From Epiperipatus broadwayi (lineage: Eukaryota > Animalia > Onychophora): 64,000 bases of DNA. Where the stretch lies: positions 11,098,001 through 11,162,000 of the forward strand of contig JAQFVV010000002.1 in NCBI GenBank assembly GCA_028023455.1, read 5' to 3'. The notes under the pieces are model-generated. The model searched no databases and was not told the DNA's origin. It saw only the letters and a program-made list of their open reading frames with translations. How positions within the stretch are numbered: the stretch's first letter is position 1; every line of letters begins with the position of its first letter. The position numbers and the translations under genes are program-made. Shown here one piece after another: positions 12,555 to 25,797 of this stretch.

Positions 12555-14969
12555 GTAGGAACAAATGGATTTTTAATACTCTCAGATTTTGCTATCTTAA
12601 AATTATCTCTTAGTATTACATCAAAACAATATTTTTATATATTATTAAATAATAAATCAATTATTATATTAAATAATATAAAATACTTGTAAATCAATAT
12701 TGAAAATTAAACTTTGGATAATCATTTTACAATAACTTGCTGTTATACTAAAAGATAACTCAGGTTGTGGTATTTGGAGAACTTGTTATATGAAAAAAGA
12801 TTTAATTTTTCAAAGATTTGTTTTTTGTTGTAAGTAATAAAAAATAAAGACAAATAATCATGCTGACCTCATCACTATATGTACATAGTTAATTTTAGAA
12901 CTTCTTTTTGTTCATCATAATATTAAATTGTTATCCAAATACAAAATTTTGAGCTGTGATAATATACTTTTACTATTTAAGTATGTTAAGTAAAATAAAT
13001 GCATACTAGAGTGATCTTTTGATTACAATTTTATGACCGGTTTAAGGGTCTACTTTATTACAAAAGTGAACATTAAAGCCCTTCATTGCCATCTTTTATT
13101 CTTATGGTACTGTTCAAATTTAAGGCCTGAAATTATAAAATAGTAAAATAAATTTTACTAAGATGATAAAAAGAAATACACTTTAACAGTTAATAATCAT
13201 TTGTCATCATTAATTTTAGTATTTATTTTATTTTCTCTTTTTGACTTTGAGGAGAGAACTTGATATATATATATTTATAGCAACATACACTAAATTTGAC
13301 CTCAAATGTTAATAGCATATGTATTTTTTAAAAAATATATATGCATAAAAAGAAAAAAGAAAAACTTGCATAAACTCGATTTCTCCTTATATTATTGAAA
13401 TAAATTTATATTGTATATATTAAATAATAAAAATGTTTAAACTAAATAATAAATTTGTTTTTTTTTATGATGTAATAAACCCATAAAAATATGTATATAA
13501 AAAAAGTATTTAATTAATCTTGAATATTTATTTTGTATAAAATTTGATTAAGTAAAAATTTAGATAATCTACAATGTAATTAAGGCAGTAAACTAATTAA
13601 ATAAAGTAAAAACAATATAAAAATATATAGATAAGTCAAGAATTTATGTGTGAGATGGATATCTTATTAAGAAATATTTTTCAAAAATCGGTGACAAGAA
13701 AAGGGTATAAAGAGAGCTTAAAATATTTTGTCTCTTGTCCTGTTAATTTGTTTGTGCTGGTGTTGTCTTGCTTGTCATTGGCCTCTTTTCCTATGCTAGA
13801 ATCAAATCAGTATGCCAATATGAAGTACGTGTAGCTGAAACACACAGACAAAGTATTAATATAATAACCAACAAATAAAAAAAAATTTTGCAAGATGAAA
13901 AATATATTTTATATAGATATCTGTTCAATGACAGGCTAACTTTTTGGTGTGGTCACATTTTGATCTCACCATGATATGGTCATAATCGTAAAGAGAATGA
14001 CCTAAGCCATAAGCCCACTATTTTTTGAAAAATATTTTCTGTCATCTAAGATACAAGATATCCATCTCTTTACTAAAGGCTTATCTGCTGTAATCAAATG
14101 GTAAAGAAAATATATGGGACCAGAAAATAAGATTGAATCTCTAACTAGTGGAAATAGAAACTGTTTAAAAAGATCAATCTATATCTAATCACAGATCTCC
14201 ATAAAACATTAAATCTATAGAAAATCAAGTCATCACATACCTGAAATTGTAATAAGAATCAAAAAGATATTATAGTGTGATCACAAAATAATAAATAATA
14301 TGGTTCATTTTTTTATTAATAGGCCTAAACTAAATAACTAAAGTACATAAACTCTTGAAAACATCTATAAATATTTTTGTAATCCATTTTGTAATTAATA
14401 TTTTTATCTACATATTTCCTGTGTGCGTCTATAAATATGTTCAGAGTATATTTTATAATTAATATTTTTATTGTATATATTCAACAACTGCACATCAATT
14501 GATAGTGTTTAGCATATCTTGTAATCAATATTTTTTTCTTATATATTTCATGAGTGCATATCAATTAATATACTTACATTTATTATTTTAATGTGTTTGG
14601 TTTTTTTTTATATATTAATGTTCATTTAGGTGCTGTATTAATTTTTTTTAATATTATTATATTGTGGGTGAACTTTTGTAATCTGTAAATATTCAGGACT
14701 AACCCAATTATTGTATATATTAATAAATTTGATTTACTAACTAATTAAAAGTAGACACTAGTCCTTTTTCAATGATGTTGTCACATCAGTCTGTATAATT
14801 GTAATACAGAGATGGCTGTCAGTTTTTTCAATTTTACTATTATTGTTATTTGATTAAAATAAGTGATGATTCATGTTGCTGTATCAACTATAATGATTAC
14901 CCTGTGATGCTTTTCCATGTTTGACTAAGCCAAGTATGGATTAACAAAGAGTTTAAACATCGCACAAGA

Positions 14970-15040
14970 TAGGAAGGCATTTGAACCTGAGCTATAGATG
15001 TTTCTCATTATAGACATGATGCCTAATCTGCATTACCACA
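14970..15040 (-). mobile_element. Degenerate tRNA-derived SINE head
   Basis: Minus strand TCTGTGGTAATGCAGATTAGG...CTCAGGTTCAAATGCC with a B-box-like GGTTCAAATGCC; similar faint heads near 27555-27620 (-), 46550-46620 (+), 57550-57610 (+). Confidence 0.35.
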
Positions 15041-18000
15041 GATATAATATAAATAAATAATATCTATAGTGACAAGGGGTAAACTTTCTCTCTACTGTAC
15101 CTGTTTTATGGGAATCATGGCCAGGAAATATGGCTGGAGACCTAGTTTGACCATCATAGTTAGTTGAGATATTAGTCTAAACATTGTTTTCCTGAAGATT
15201 TGTGATGATGGTGTTCTAGTTGTATTTTTATATTGGACTATTTCCATCATCTAATATGTGTGTTGAATGTCTTTAGAAAAGTTTAATTTTTAGTTAAATA
15301 TTCCAAATGCATTCAACTGTTAGTAATAACACAGTACTAACCTGTTTGATGTGCTCTTATTAACAGTTGAATATATTTGGAATATTTAAATAAAGTTAAA
15401 TTTTTCTCAAGTCATTCAAAATACATATTAAATGATGGAAATAGTTCAATATAAAAATACAATTAGCCTAAATATATTTGATAATTGTTCATAACACTCA
15501 TTTATCTCTAGTAAATAAATTTATATAGATATAAGTTTATATAGATATAAAAGGGGGAAAACCAGTTTCTGTTATAGTATAATACACTAAATCACAATAT
15601 AAGTACATATATTGTAACATGCCAAATGGTTGCAGGACATGGATCAAAAGCTACCATGTTGGTTTCCCAAAAACCAACTATGTAACAAGTCAAAAGGTGC
15701 TGGAACAAGTACTGGAGCAAAGATTACTCAGAAAGCTTCATAATACCTATGAATTATTCAGAGAATGAGTCTTCTTATAGATAACATAATAACTAATTAT
15801 AATTACTAATATATAAGATTCTCATATTAAATTAAATCTTATCTCAGGTTTTATTTTTACTTTACTTAAAATATAGATTCTTTTACAATTTTAAAATCTC
15901 ATCTTAGGTTTTAAAATGTCATTATCTCAGGATTCAAATTCAAAATCCACTTGGAATAAGAAAATTGTAATGGTAATATACTTCAAACTCTTAACTTGCG
16001 AGAACTTATTCAAGCTATACATCAAGCATTTTATATTCTTCTCTTAGTTTTATTCTTAACATTAGTACTTTTAAGAAAGCAGAAATGAAACTACATAATA
16101 ATAGAGTATTCAAATGCTTAAATAATATGTGGCTAGAAAATTGAAACATTTCTAAATATTTTAAAGTTCTTCAAGTATAACTATTTCATTTCTTCCAAAC
16201 TAAAAAATACTTGAATTTGATGTGTGCTGATGCAATTGTTAATAAGCAATAACATGAAATAATGCAACTGGCAATAAGGGTAAATTTTATGCTACCAACT
16301 TCATTACAAATGCTTTTGAAATAAAACAAATAACATAGTATTTATTTTGTGATAATGCAGGTAAATATGAATAGTAAACAAAATGAATTAAATAAATAAA
16401 TTCTAATATGCAGGTAAAAATGAACAATAAATAAAACAGATAAATAAATTTTATGTGACCATTGAAGTGTGTAGTATTATAAAATTATTAATAATGAAAA
16501 CTTTATTAAAGTAGATTTTTTGAATAACAAATGTGTTAACGCAATAATAGCAATGAAACAAAAACATATTTAATTAATAATAAAGCATATTTCTTTACAC
16601 TCTGAAATAATACTTATACAATAAAATATTTATTTACAATAAATATTATTTTTAATAAATTTGATATATTAAAATAATAAAATATTCTTAAATTTTATAC
16701 ATAAATGTCGCTTTCCATAAATCAACACTAAAAAAATTTACAGTATAAGCAATTAATATCACCCAAAACTTCCAATTTTTATCTAATATGATTTTTTTTT
16801 AAAATATTATATACACAGAATAAAACAATACATCAACATATCTATATTTAGGCCACCAGTAAGATATTATATTCTTTACATAACTAAAACAGGTTTTGAA
16901 AATCAGTGTAGAGACACTTTTGTAGGTTTACAAAGATAGCAAAAATATTCAAAATAGTAACACAAATATAATACTAACACCTATAATGTGGTGAGAAAAT
17001 AATTATGCTCAATACTCATAATATACTCTAAATCTAAATTGGAGTAGAGCTAAAAGTATAAATATAAAGATAAACATGCCTTCATATATTATAATATACT
17101 AAAATATGCATCATATTAAATTTCAGGTAAAGTGAATAATGAAAATATGAATAAGCACCTAGTAAAACTTTACCTGGCAGTGCTGAAAATGAGAAAGCTA
17201 CATACTCTCTCTCTCTTGGAGGGGCTGGACAATACAATATCATGAATAGGCACCTGGTAACTATGTGCAGGCAGTGTCAATAAATAAGCAAGCCACACTC
17301 TCACTCATGGGGGGGGGGGTAAATGCATATAAGAAATAACAAAATTGCATATAAAATTGCCTAAACTGATATATATTTCTATTCTGCATACAAATTATTA
17401 ACTAACACAAGGTATAAATTTGATAATAATGATAAATATAGAAGTAATATCTCACACACACATACAAAGATATACAACACATCTATTTGGTCTAACACTA
17501 TGTGTATATTGACAAATCATCATTGCATAATGATAATAATATTCAATTTTATAAACTATCTAAATTCTTGCACACACTGATGTTCATAACTCCTTTATTT
17601 ATTAACTTTTCATAACAGATATTTTTAAAAAGATTGTTATATCCTGGATACATTCACTTAACTTTGATACAACAAATAGGAGAATTCCAAATAATAACAA
17701 AAGAGCTTATAAAATAAACCTTTTACATATCTTTCTTATCCAACTTCATTTCTTGGATATTTACCATCATAAACATATTTATAATAACATAAATAATATT
17801 AATCATAACAGTATAGAACATAAATTGTAACTACATAATAATTTAAAACATATATAAAATATATATATATATGCTATTTGTTTTACATTTTTTAGATTAA
17901 ACTTCTTTCCATCTTATAATGAAAATTATCTCTTATTCAAGTCCTTTTTTTTTCTTTTAAAAATACAACAACATAGTCTTTTACCTAGGCAGACAGAGAA

Positions 18001-20826
18001 TACATATAAGAAGATTTATAGTAGAAATTCTTTGAGAAAAATGTTTGCAATATAAAATTTAACAAATTTAAAGATGACAAGAGATGATAGTAGATACTTT
18101 AAATAATATACAGATCCATGATAACAACATTCCTAAATGTAATACAAATTGGAGGGGAAATGAGCAGAAAGAGGATGTTAATTAATAACAGTTCTTTTAA
18201 GTATGATGTCAGACTAAATTTATTTTTTTCTTTTATTTTTTTAAAGTCAAGTAATATATTACAGAAAAACAATGAAGCAATTTAGAAAAAATATTCTAAA
18301 TCAATAGACAGATGAATTTGGAATGGATAATTATCTTAATCCAATGTTATCTTATTTGTCTTAATATGAAAATAGTTGAATAAAGTCTTTTTTCCCAAAA
18401 TATTTAAAACGTTTATTTTTTATGACTTTTTTTTTTAAATTTTATAATTCAAGTCCAAATCATTGTAATTTCTTCTATTTTTTTATATACAGTACTCAAT
18501 ATTTTTATGATAGTTCATCATTATTATACTTTTAATTTGATGTAAATATAGTAACACTTTCACGTAACTCCAAAACAAACTAAGAGTGATTGTCTTCATA
18601 AATGATTTATTAATTATTCATCTTTAGATCAGAGTTTTATGAAGATGTAAGAAGTGGTTTATTAATAACTAGGGTTAATATTGATAATGGATTAAAGATA
18701 ACATCTTTAAAATGTTAAGATAGTTATATATAATCAGGAGTTCAAATTAAACTAATGTCTTTTATAATAATAATAAAAATAAACATACGATTTCAGATGT
18801 GCAGGTAGTTTCCTTTGACTTTCTTTAAAAGATTAATATGATTTATAGCTTTTCATGTTTTACTATTTGATAGGCAGATAAATAATATATGTTAGAGTAA
18901 TATTGCTGGATAACTTTTAAAATTTTCTATTCAGACATTTGAAATGATAACAATAGATACAGTTTAATTTTTAAATGATTAAAAATAAAATATGAAAATA
19001 ACAATTAAACAGAACCAATCAATTAAATTAAAATAAAATGAAGTATGTTTAATAATAATATTGTGTTCCTTTTATACACACATGCATGTTAAGATTTCTA
19101 CTGCATTTACTGTAATGTGATATTGTTCAACAAACTCTGTTTAAGTATTTCAGTGGGTTATTTAAATTATTAGCACATTTTTATGTTTTATAATTGACCT
19201 GGCTGTCAACTTTTTTCTTAATTAAGACTATTACATTATGTGATGCCTAGATGGACAACTAAAATACAAATGAACTTTATTAATTGAATTTAATTGTTAA
19301 ATAAATAATTTATTTAATGAATTTAAACTTATTTACTTATATATTTTTTTTAAATTATACCTTTACTCCAAATACACTCTCTATAAAAGCTTTTGATATT
19401 TTTAATTATTTAATGCACCCATTTTTTAATTTAAATATAACTTTTAATAATCTTTTACACTTTTTATTCATTTAAATGTATATACATATATCCAGACATT
19501 CACTTGTACTCTAAATATAACCAAAATTTTAAAACAAATGAAGCTAAATTAGTTACTGACATTTATTGAAGTTGAAACTTACTGAAATTGAAATTTATTC
19601 CAATTAGTTAGATTTAAATGTAATATTCCCAAATTCTGACTTTAAACAATTTTTATATGAACTAACACTTTATAAATTATTATTTTAAAGCCATTTAGTT
19701 TAAAAACTAACAAACAAAGATCCTAACCAAAATTAAATAACCATATTCTATACAAAATAAAATAATTTTATCTATTGCATGTACTTAAAACATGGCAAGC
19801 TTTAAATTAACATTTCATTAGATTCAAATTATTAATTTTAGACTTTAAGCAAATATTAAACAATCTAAGTATTTCCTAACTAACTAAGGGTAATTATTTT
19901 AATAAATAATATTAACATTTAGCTTAAGACTTTATAGTTCAATAATAATAGAGAAATTTTTTTTATTATAGTCTTAAAAAAAGTTAACACATTGTAGAAT
20001 ATATATTTAGTCTACAGGGGAAAATATATAGTTACAATATATAATATTAAACATTATTTTAAAATTGTAAATGCTGTTATAATAAATAATATACACTCCT
20101 ACTCAATATTCAACTAATCCTATGTTATTCTTTGCATATAAAGAAGATTCTTGATTATTGAAGTGAAGTATGTATTATTTACTATAACAACATTTACTAT
20201 ATAAAGTTTATTGTATTTAACATAACATATATAAAATAATACTAAGAAACCATCATTTGTCCATGAGAAAATTAAAATTAATATATATATATGTCAAACT
20301 TTCCCAATTTATAATTATTTATATAACAATTCTCCATTTTTCCTCACTATTCTTATATGTTACACATAGTCAGCAGGGAGGAAAGATAGCGTAATGTTAT
20401 ACATTAAAATTAAAAGATAATACAGCCAGGTAATTGCTACAACACAAAATTTTATATGACAAATTCAAATTTTTCAAGTATATGAATATAGACACACATA
20501 CGATTTTACAATAGCCCTTTTTAAAAAAAGTGAAAAAAAATTTTTAAAATGAAAAAAGTTTAATCCTTTAGTTTAAAAAAAAAAAGATTTCTTTTATGAG
20601 TCTTAATTAATATCTAAATTTAAAGTAAAATTAGATAGGATATATTTAATGTAATTAAAGCATAACATAAAATAATTAAAATTAGAAAATCAAAAATAAA
20701 TTGTATTGCATATGTTACATTATTAAAAAATAATACAATAATTATAATCATGTTATGTAATCTATAGCTATATTTTAGTATTTCTTTTATTTAAATAAGC
20801 ATTTATTTTATATAGCATATGTTTAC

Positions 20827-23720
20827 GAACATGGATGGGCTGCTCACCAACACGCATTAGCCAGCGTGGTGAGTTTATTGGCTTTTTACCTCTGAGTTTA
20901 AGATCTGCAGATCACTTTCAAGTGAAGGAAGATTGCAAGAATTAGAAGAAGAACTGTCTTATATTAAATGGGACATTATTGGACTTTGTGAAGTTAGAAG
21001 AAAAGGAGAAGAAACAATTGATTTAAAAAGTGGACATATACTCTATTATAAAGGCACACATATTGCAAATACAAGTGGAGTAGGATTCATTATAAATAAA
21101 AAGTGGAAGAACAATATTGTGGAGATTGATGGTGTATCAGACAGAGTGGCAAGATTAGTTATACAACTTAATAGCAGATACCAAATGCAGATAATTCAGG
21201 TTTATGCCCCAACAAGTTCTCATAGTGATGAAGTAGTAGAAGATTTTTATATGGATGTACAAAAGGCTTTTGATCAGAGTAAACAACATTTTAAAATTGT
21301 TATGGGAGACTTTAATGCTAGAATTGGTAGACAAATGAAAGATGAAATTGCTGTAGGTAATTTTGGTTATGGTAATAGAAATGAGAGAGGACATAGACTT
21401 GTGGAGTTTGCAGAAAAAGAAAAACTTTATATTATGAATTCATTTTTTGAGAAAAATGTTAAAAGGAAATGGACATGGAAGCATCCAAATGAAGGTACAG
21501 CAGAATTGGATTATATTTTGACTAACAGAAAATACATATTTCAAGATTGTAATGTTCTTAATAAATTTAACACAGGAAGTGATCATCGATTAGTAAGGTG
21601 TAAGTTACGTGTTAATGTAAAACTAGAGAGACAAAAATTATTAAGAAAAACAATATTTACAGTTGATATTCCTAATCTTCAGAAACATTCTAATGAATTT
21701 AAATTAGAACTTACAAATAGGTTTCAAGTGTTAGGAGATTTTGAATATGATTCAGATTTGAATGAAATTAATATGAAAATAACTGATACACTTTTAAAAA
21801 CTGCAACAAACATAGCTGGTAGAAAAAAGCAGCAATTGACTAATAAAATTTCTACTGAGACTAGAGAATTTATGAAGAAAAGAAGGAATATGAAGATATA
21901 CAAAAATGATGTATTAAAAAGAATTGAATATCTCGAATTTTGTAAAATGGTACGGAAAAGAGTTGAAAATGATATAAGAAAGTATAACTGTGAAATAGCA
22001 AGGAAAGCTGTAGAAGAAAATAAAAGTCTCAAAAATGTTAAACAACATTTTGGTATTGGTAGGAAATTTATATCTGCAATAAGAAAAAAAGATGGAATTA
22101 TTACTAAAAAGAGAGATGACATCATGAAATTGGTAGAAGATTTTTATCAAGAATTATATAGTAATAAAGAACAAGTACCTCCTATATCTATTACATCTTC
22201 CGAATTGCCCAGAATTTTAAATGAAGAAGTGAGACATGCAATTAAGTGTATGAAGAAAGGAAAGGCTCCAGGAAATGATGGAATTGTAATTGATATATTA
22301 AAAGAAGCAGGTGAAGAAATAGAAACAATTTTAGCAAAGTTATATACCAAATGTCTAAATGATAAAGATGTACCGGAAGATTGGAAGAATGCAGTAATAA
22401 TATTAATATTTAAAAAAGGTGATAAAGAAGATATTAGAAATTACAGACCTATCAGCCTTTTATCAGTTTTATATAAAATTTTTACCAAGATAATTACAAC
22501 TCGTCTACAGAGAACTTTGGATTTCCACCAACCAAGAGAACAAGCTGGATTTAAAAGTGGTTTTTGTACAATAGATCATATCCAGGTATTGAGAGAAGTC
22601 ATAGAAAGGACAAACAAATATGAGTTGTCATTATGTTTTGGATTTGTAGATTATGAAAAGGCATTCGATTCTATACACATTTCTTCAGTGATTAAAGCAT
22701 TGGATCATCAAGGTATAGATCCAGGATATTGTCATATTTTAAAGAATATTTATAAAAATGCAACAGCAACAATTAGATTACATAATGATTCTGGAAAAAT
22801 CAACATTGAGAAAGGTGTAAGACAAGGTGACTCCATATCTCCAAAACTCTTTACAGCAGTGCTACAAGAAGTATTTTGTGGATTAAAATGGGAAACTAAA
22901 GGAGTGAAAGTAAATGGAGAGTATTTAAGTCATTTAGATTTTGCAGATGATGTAGTTGTTTTTGCAAATAATGCTTCAGAGCTGCAGGAAATGTTGCAGG
23001 AGTTAGCAGATGAAAGTAGAAAAGTAGGACTAAAGATAAATGTTAAAAAGACTAAAGTAATGTTTAATCGATTTGCTCAAAATATGAAAATAAAGATTGA
23101 TTATGAAGAATTAGAAGAAGTTAACAGTTACAAATACCTTGGTCAGATTATTAATACAGATGGAAACATAATGGAGGAAATTAATCATAGAATTAAACTT
23201 GGTTGGAGTGCTTTTGGTAGAAATAACTTGATACTAAAAGGAAATATGCCTATGTGTTTGAAAAGGATGGTTTTTAACAAATGTGTTTTACCAGTTCTTA
23301 CTTATGGATCTGAGACTTGGACACTTAATAGAAGAGCAATACAGAGACTTCAGACCACTCAAAGGAGTATGGAGAGATGTATGTTAGGAGTAACAAGAAG
23401 AGATCGAAAACGCAATGTATGGGTAAGACAACAAACAGGTGTTACTGACCTTATTGAAAAAATTAAAAGATTGAAATGGAGTTGGGCTGGACATATTGCT
23501 AGAAGAGATGATAATAGATGGACAATTGAAATTTTAAACTGGATTCCAAGAGATTGTAAAAGACCCAGAAAGAGACCACATGTGAGATGGATGGATGAAA
23601 TAAGAAAATGTGCAGGGGTGTTGTGGAGAAGAGAAGCTAAAGATCGGAGAAGATGGATTAAACTTGGAGAGACCTTCATCCTGCAGTGGATTGATAATGG
23701 TTGATGATGATGATGATGAT
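20827..23720 (+). mobile_element. RTE-clade non-LTR retrotransposon, copy 1 (5'-truncated, with a 248-nt internal 5' deletion)
   Basis: (GAT)n tail 23702-23720; TSD (AT)GTTTAC at 20819-20826 / 23719-23726; the empty site is visible at 24053-24066; 5' end matches copy 2 38565-38643 then jumps to 38892. Confidence 0.95.
20933..23704 (+). CDS. RTE ORF: APE endonuclease + reverse transcriptase, lacking the first endonuclease motif (TYN) and a start ATG
   Basis: 923-aa open frame with GLCEVR, GDFNA, LDYIL, GSDH (APE) and NYRPISLL, QAGF, DYEKAFD, GVRQGD, FADD (RT); ends 'QWIDNG*' into the tail; upstream in-frame TGA at 20870-20872. Confidence 0.93.
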   Translation: MQELEEELSYIKWDIIGLCEVRRKGEETIDLKSGHILYYKGTHIANTSGVGFIINKKWKNNIVEIDGVSDRVARLVIQLNSRYQMQIIQVYAPTSSHSDEVVEDFYMDVQKAFDQSKQHFKIVMGDFNARIGRQMKDEIAVGNFGYGNRNERGHRLVEFAEKEKLYIMNSFFEKNVKRKWTWKHPNEGTAELDYILTNRKYIFQDCNVLNKFNTGSDHRLVRCKLRVNVKLERQKLLRKTIFTVDIPNLQKHSNEFKLELTNRFQVLGDFEYDSDLNEINMKITDTLLKTATNIAGRKKQQLTNKISTETREFMKKRRNMKIYKNDVLKRIEYLEFCKMVRKRVENDIRKYNCEIARKAVEENKSLKNVKQHFGIGRKFISAIRKKDGIITKKRDDIMKLVEDFYQELYSNKEQVPPISITSSELPRILNEEVRHAIKCMKKGKAPGNDGIVIDILKEAGEEIETILAKLYTKCLNDKDVPEDWKNAVIILIFKKGDKEDIRNYRPISLLSVLYKIFTKIITTRLQRTLDFHQPREQAGFKSGFCTIDHIQVLREVIERTNKYELSLCFGFVDYEKAFDSIHISSVIKALDHQGIDPGYCHILKNIYKNATATIRLHNDSGKINIEKGVRQGDSISPKLFTAVLQEVFCGLKWETKGVKVNGEYLSHLDFADDVVVFANNASELQEMLQELADESRKVGLKINVKKTKVMFNRFAQNMKIKIDYEELEEVNSYKYLGQIINTDGNIMEEINHRIKLGWSAFGRNNLILKGNMPMCLKRMVFNKCVLPVLTYGSETWTLNRRAIQRLQTTQRSMERCMLGVTRRDRKRNVWVRQQTGVTDLIEKIKRLKWSWAGHIARRDDNRWTIEILNWIPRDCKRPRKRPHVRWMDEIRKCAGVLWRREAKDRRRWIKLGETFILQWIDNG

Positions 23721-25797
23721 GTTTACAATTGTATACATTTAAATATCAGCCTTTTAAGCTAATTGTGCATACACTTTGCGAGTGTTAATAATAAATGAAT
23801 ACTTTCTCACCAATACAAGATATAGTATTTATGCAGGAATAAAAGGAATCCTCTTATTTCTATGACTCAAATGCTTATATATGAGCAAATCTGAAGTACT
23901 GGCAAGTAAAGCGTGAGGATGGAACTGTCACTTTAAATTACTATATACGATGTCTGAATGAATGACATGTAGTGAAATTGTCTAGAATTTACTAAACGTC
24001 ATTCCAACTGAAACTTAATCATATGTAAATAAGCATTTATTTTATATAGCATATGTTTACAATTGTATACATTCAAATATCAGCCTTTTAAGCTAATTGT
24101 GCATACGCTTTGTATTGGTGAGAAAGTATTCATTTATTATTAACACTCGCAAAGCGTATGCACAATTAGTTTAAAAGGCTGATATTTGAATATATACAAT
24201 TGTAAACATATGCTATATAAAATAAATGCTTATTTACATATGATTAAGTTTCAGTTGGAATGACGTTTAGTAAATTCTAGACAATTTCACCCACATCATT
24301 CATTCAGACATTGTATATAGTAATTTAAAGTGACAGTTCCATCCTCACGCTTTACTTGCCAGTACTTCAGATTTGCTCATATATAAGCATTTGAGTCATA
24401 GGAATAAGAGGATTCCTTTTATTCCTGCATAAATACTATATCTTGTATTGGTGAGAAAGTATTCATTTATTATTAACACTCGCAAAGCGTATCCACAATT
24501 AGCTTAAAAGGCTGATATTTGAATATTTCTTTTATTGTAAATCTTTCATTAGTTTTTAAAAATAAAAATTTAAGACAATATTTTTTCTTAGTAAATTTAA
24601 TATAAAAAGTCTGGTAACAAAAATTAATTCATCTTATTTTTATTGCTCATCTTTATTGTCTTAGTTGTGCATCAGAACATATTTACACTCCACTTTAAGA
24701 GAACTGAAAAACATTCAAAGATGTTATTAGTTTGTCCACTTTAGGCATAGAGCCAACTTTAATAAGAATGGTTTTTGAAACAGGTAACCAACTATTAACC
24801 ATTGTGACAAAACAATTTTTCAAAATATGAAAAATTCAACTGTGACCATGATAATTGGATATAATTTATAAAATATCCAGGATTTGGAATGATTACCTAG
24901 AATCATGAACTTTTTATTATATAAAATTTTAAAATAAATATAAATAAAAAGATATGAATATTTAAATTGTAGACTTTAGTCACTCACATTGGAACCTGCT
25001 AAATGCTGAAATCAGAAATATTATTCTTTGAGGACCTTAGATAATTATATAAAAATTATTTTGAATATATAAACTTTATGACCTTTGTTTAAATTTCAAA
25101 GTGAAATTTATTTTCCACCTAAAAGAATTAAGTTAATATTATATTTATTTAGTCATTTATTCTTTGATTAATATTCTTTCATATTTGAATTAATGATTAT
25201 TATGTTTTTGCTAAATTTATTCATTTTAAATTTATTTAATAAAATATTTTATTATAATCATGTTAGTTTTAAGTTTTAAGATGAGAGAATGAATATTGGG
25301 AGCTGAAATTTACGTGTTATTATTTGTTTTAATGTTATTTAATAAGAAATACTAGTTTAGTCCATAGAAATTTCCATAATTCCAATTTAAATCAAATTAT
25401 TTTATTATTATTTGTAATATAATCATATTATAAATTCAAACCAATCTTCTTGCATAAATATAACATTGAGTCAGCAGTTATATAGTTTAGTAACATTTAT
25501 GCAAGCAGGTTGGTTTGAATTTTATATTTTAAATTTTGTGACAGTAGTTTAAATATCAGTATAAGAATAAAAGATGGTCAATAATTGACTATAATATAAT
25601 TCACTATTTTCTATTTTACAAAATCCAAAAACAAGAAGCTGTTTATAGGAGTATAATGGCATATTAGTATTTAAAATGAAATGACAAAAATAACATTTCT
25701 TTCAGATAATCTGAAGATGTTAAGGGTTATCTTTCTTACAGAATTGTTTACAAATTCTTATATATGCAATTTAAATGCATTTAAAATCTTATAATAA

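Larger units (their letters stand above)
20792..24523. mobile_element. Non-coding 334-bp-unit element (family F4a): partial tandem plus inverted copy, interrupted by an RTE
   Basis: Direct part 20792-20826 + 23721-24112 (GTTTAC at 23721 and 24055, period 334); inverted part 24111-24523 (period 334); 13-bp direct repeat TATTTCTTTTATT at 20779-20791 and 24524-24536. Confidence 0.85.

Noticed and set aside
12432-12692. Overlapping 86-aa ORF and the other short I/L/F/K-rich ORFs in the track (e.g. 13646, 27953, 36884, 38017, 47244, 60005, 62494, 62936)
   Set aside because: Low-complexity products expected by chance in AT-rich DNA; no motifs or splice support.
15649-15790. GC-richer stretch after CAG as the next exon of the WD40 gene
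   Set aside because: No pyrimidine tract, the phase-1 frame stops after 16 codons, more likely decayed TE.
17174-17260. Minus-strand 87-nt candidate exon (YQVPIHDIVLSS...), echoing the CCM2 PTB motif 'VPIHDI'
   Set aside because: Similarity stops after six residues; weak acceptor; no partner exon found.
21155-23679. Minus-strand ORFs over RTE copy 1 (and equivalents at 39141-41664)
   Set aside because: Antisense shadows of the RTE coding frame; their recurrence in both copies only reflects copy similarity.
23950-23990. CTGAATGA...GAAATTGTC in F4a as a hammerhead or SECIS
   Set aside because: Extra core nucleotides, no stem I or III, helix too short for a SECIS, and GAAA is absent in F4b.
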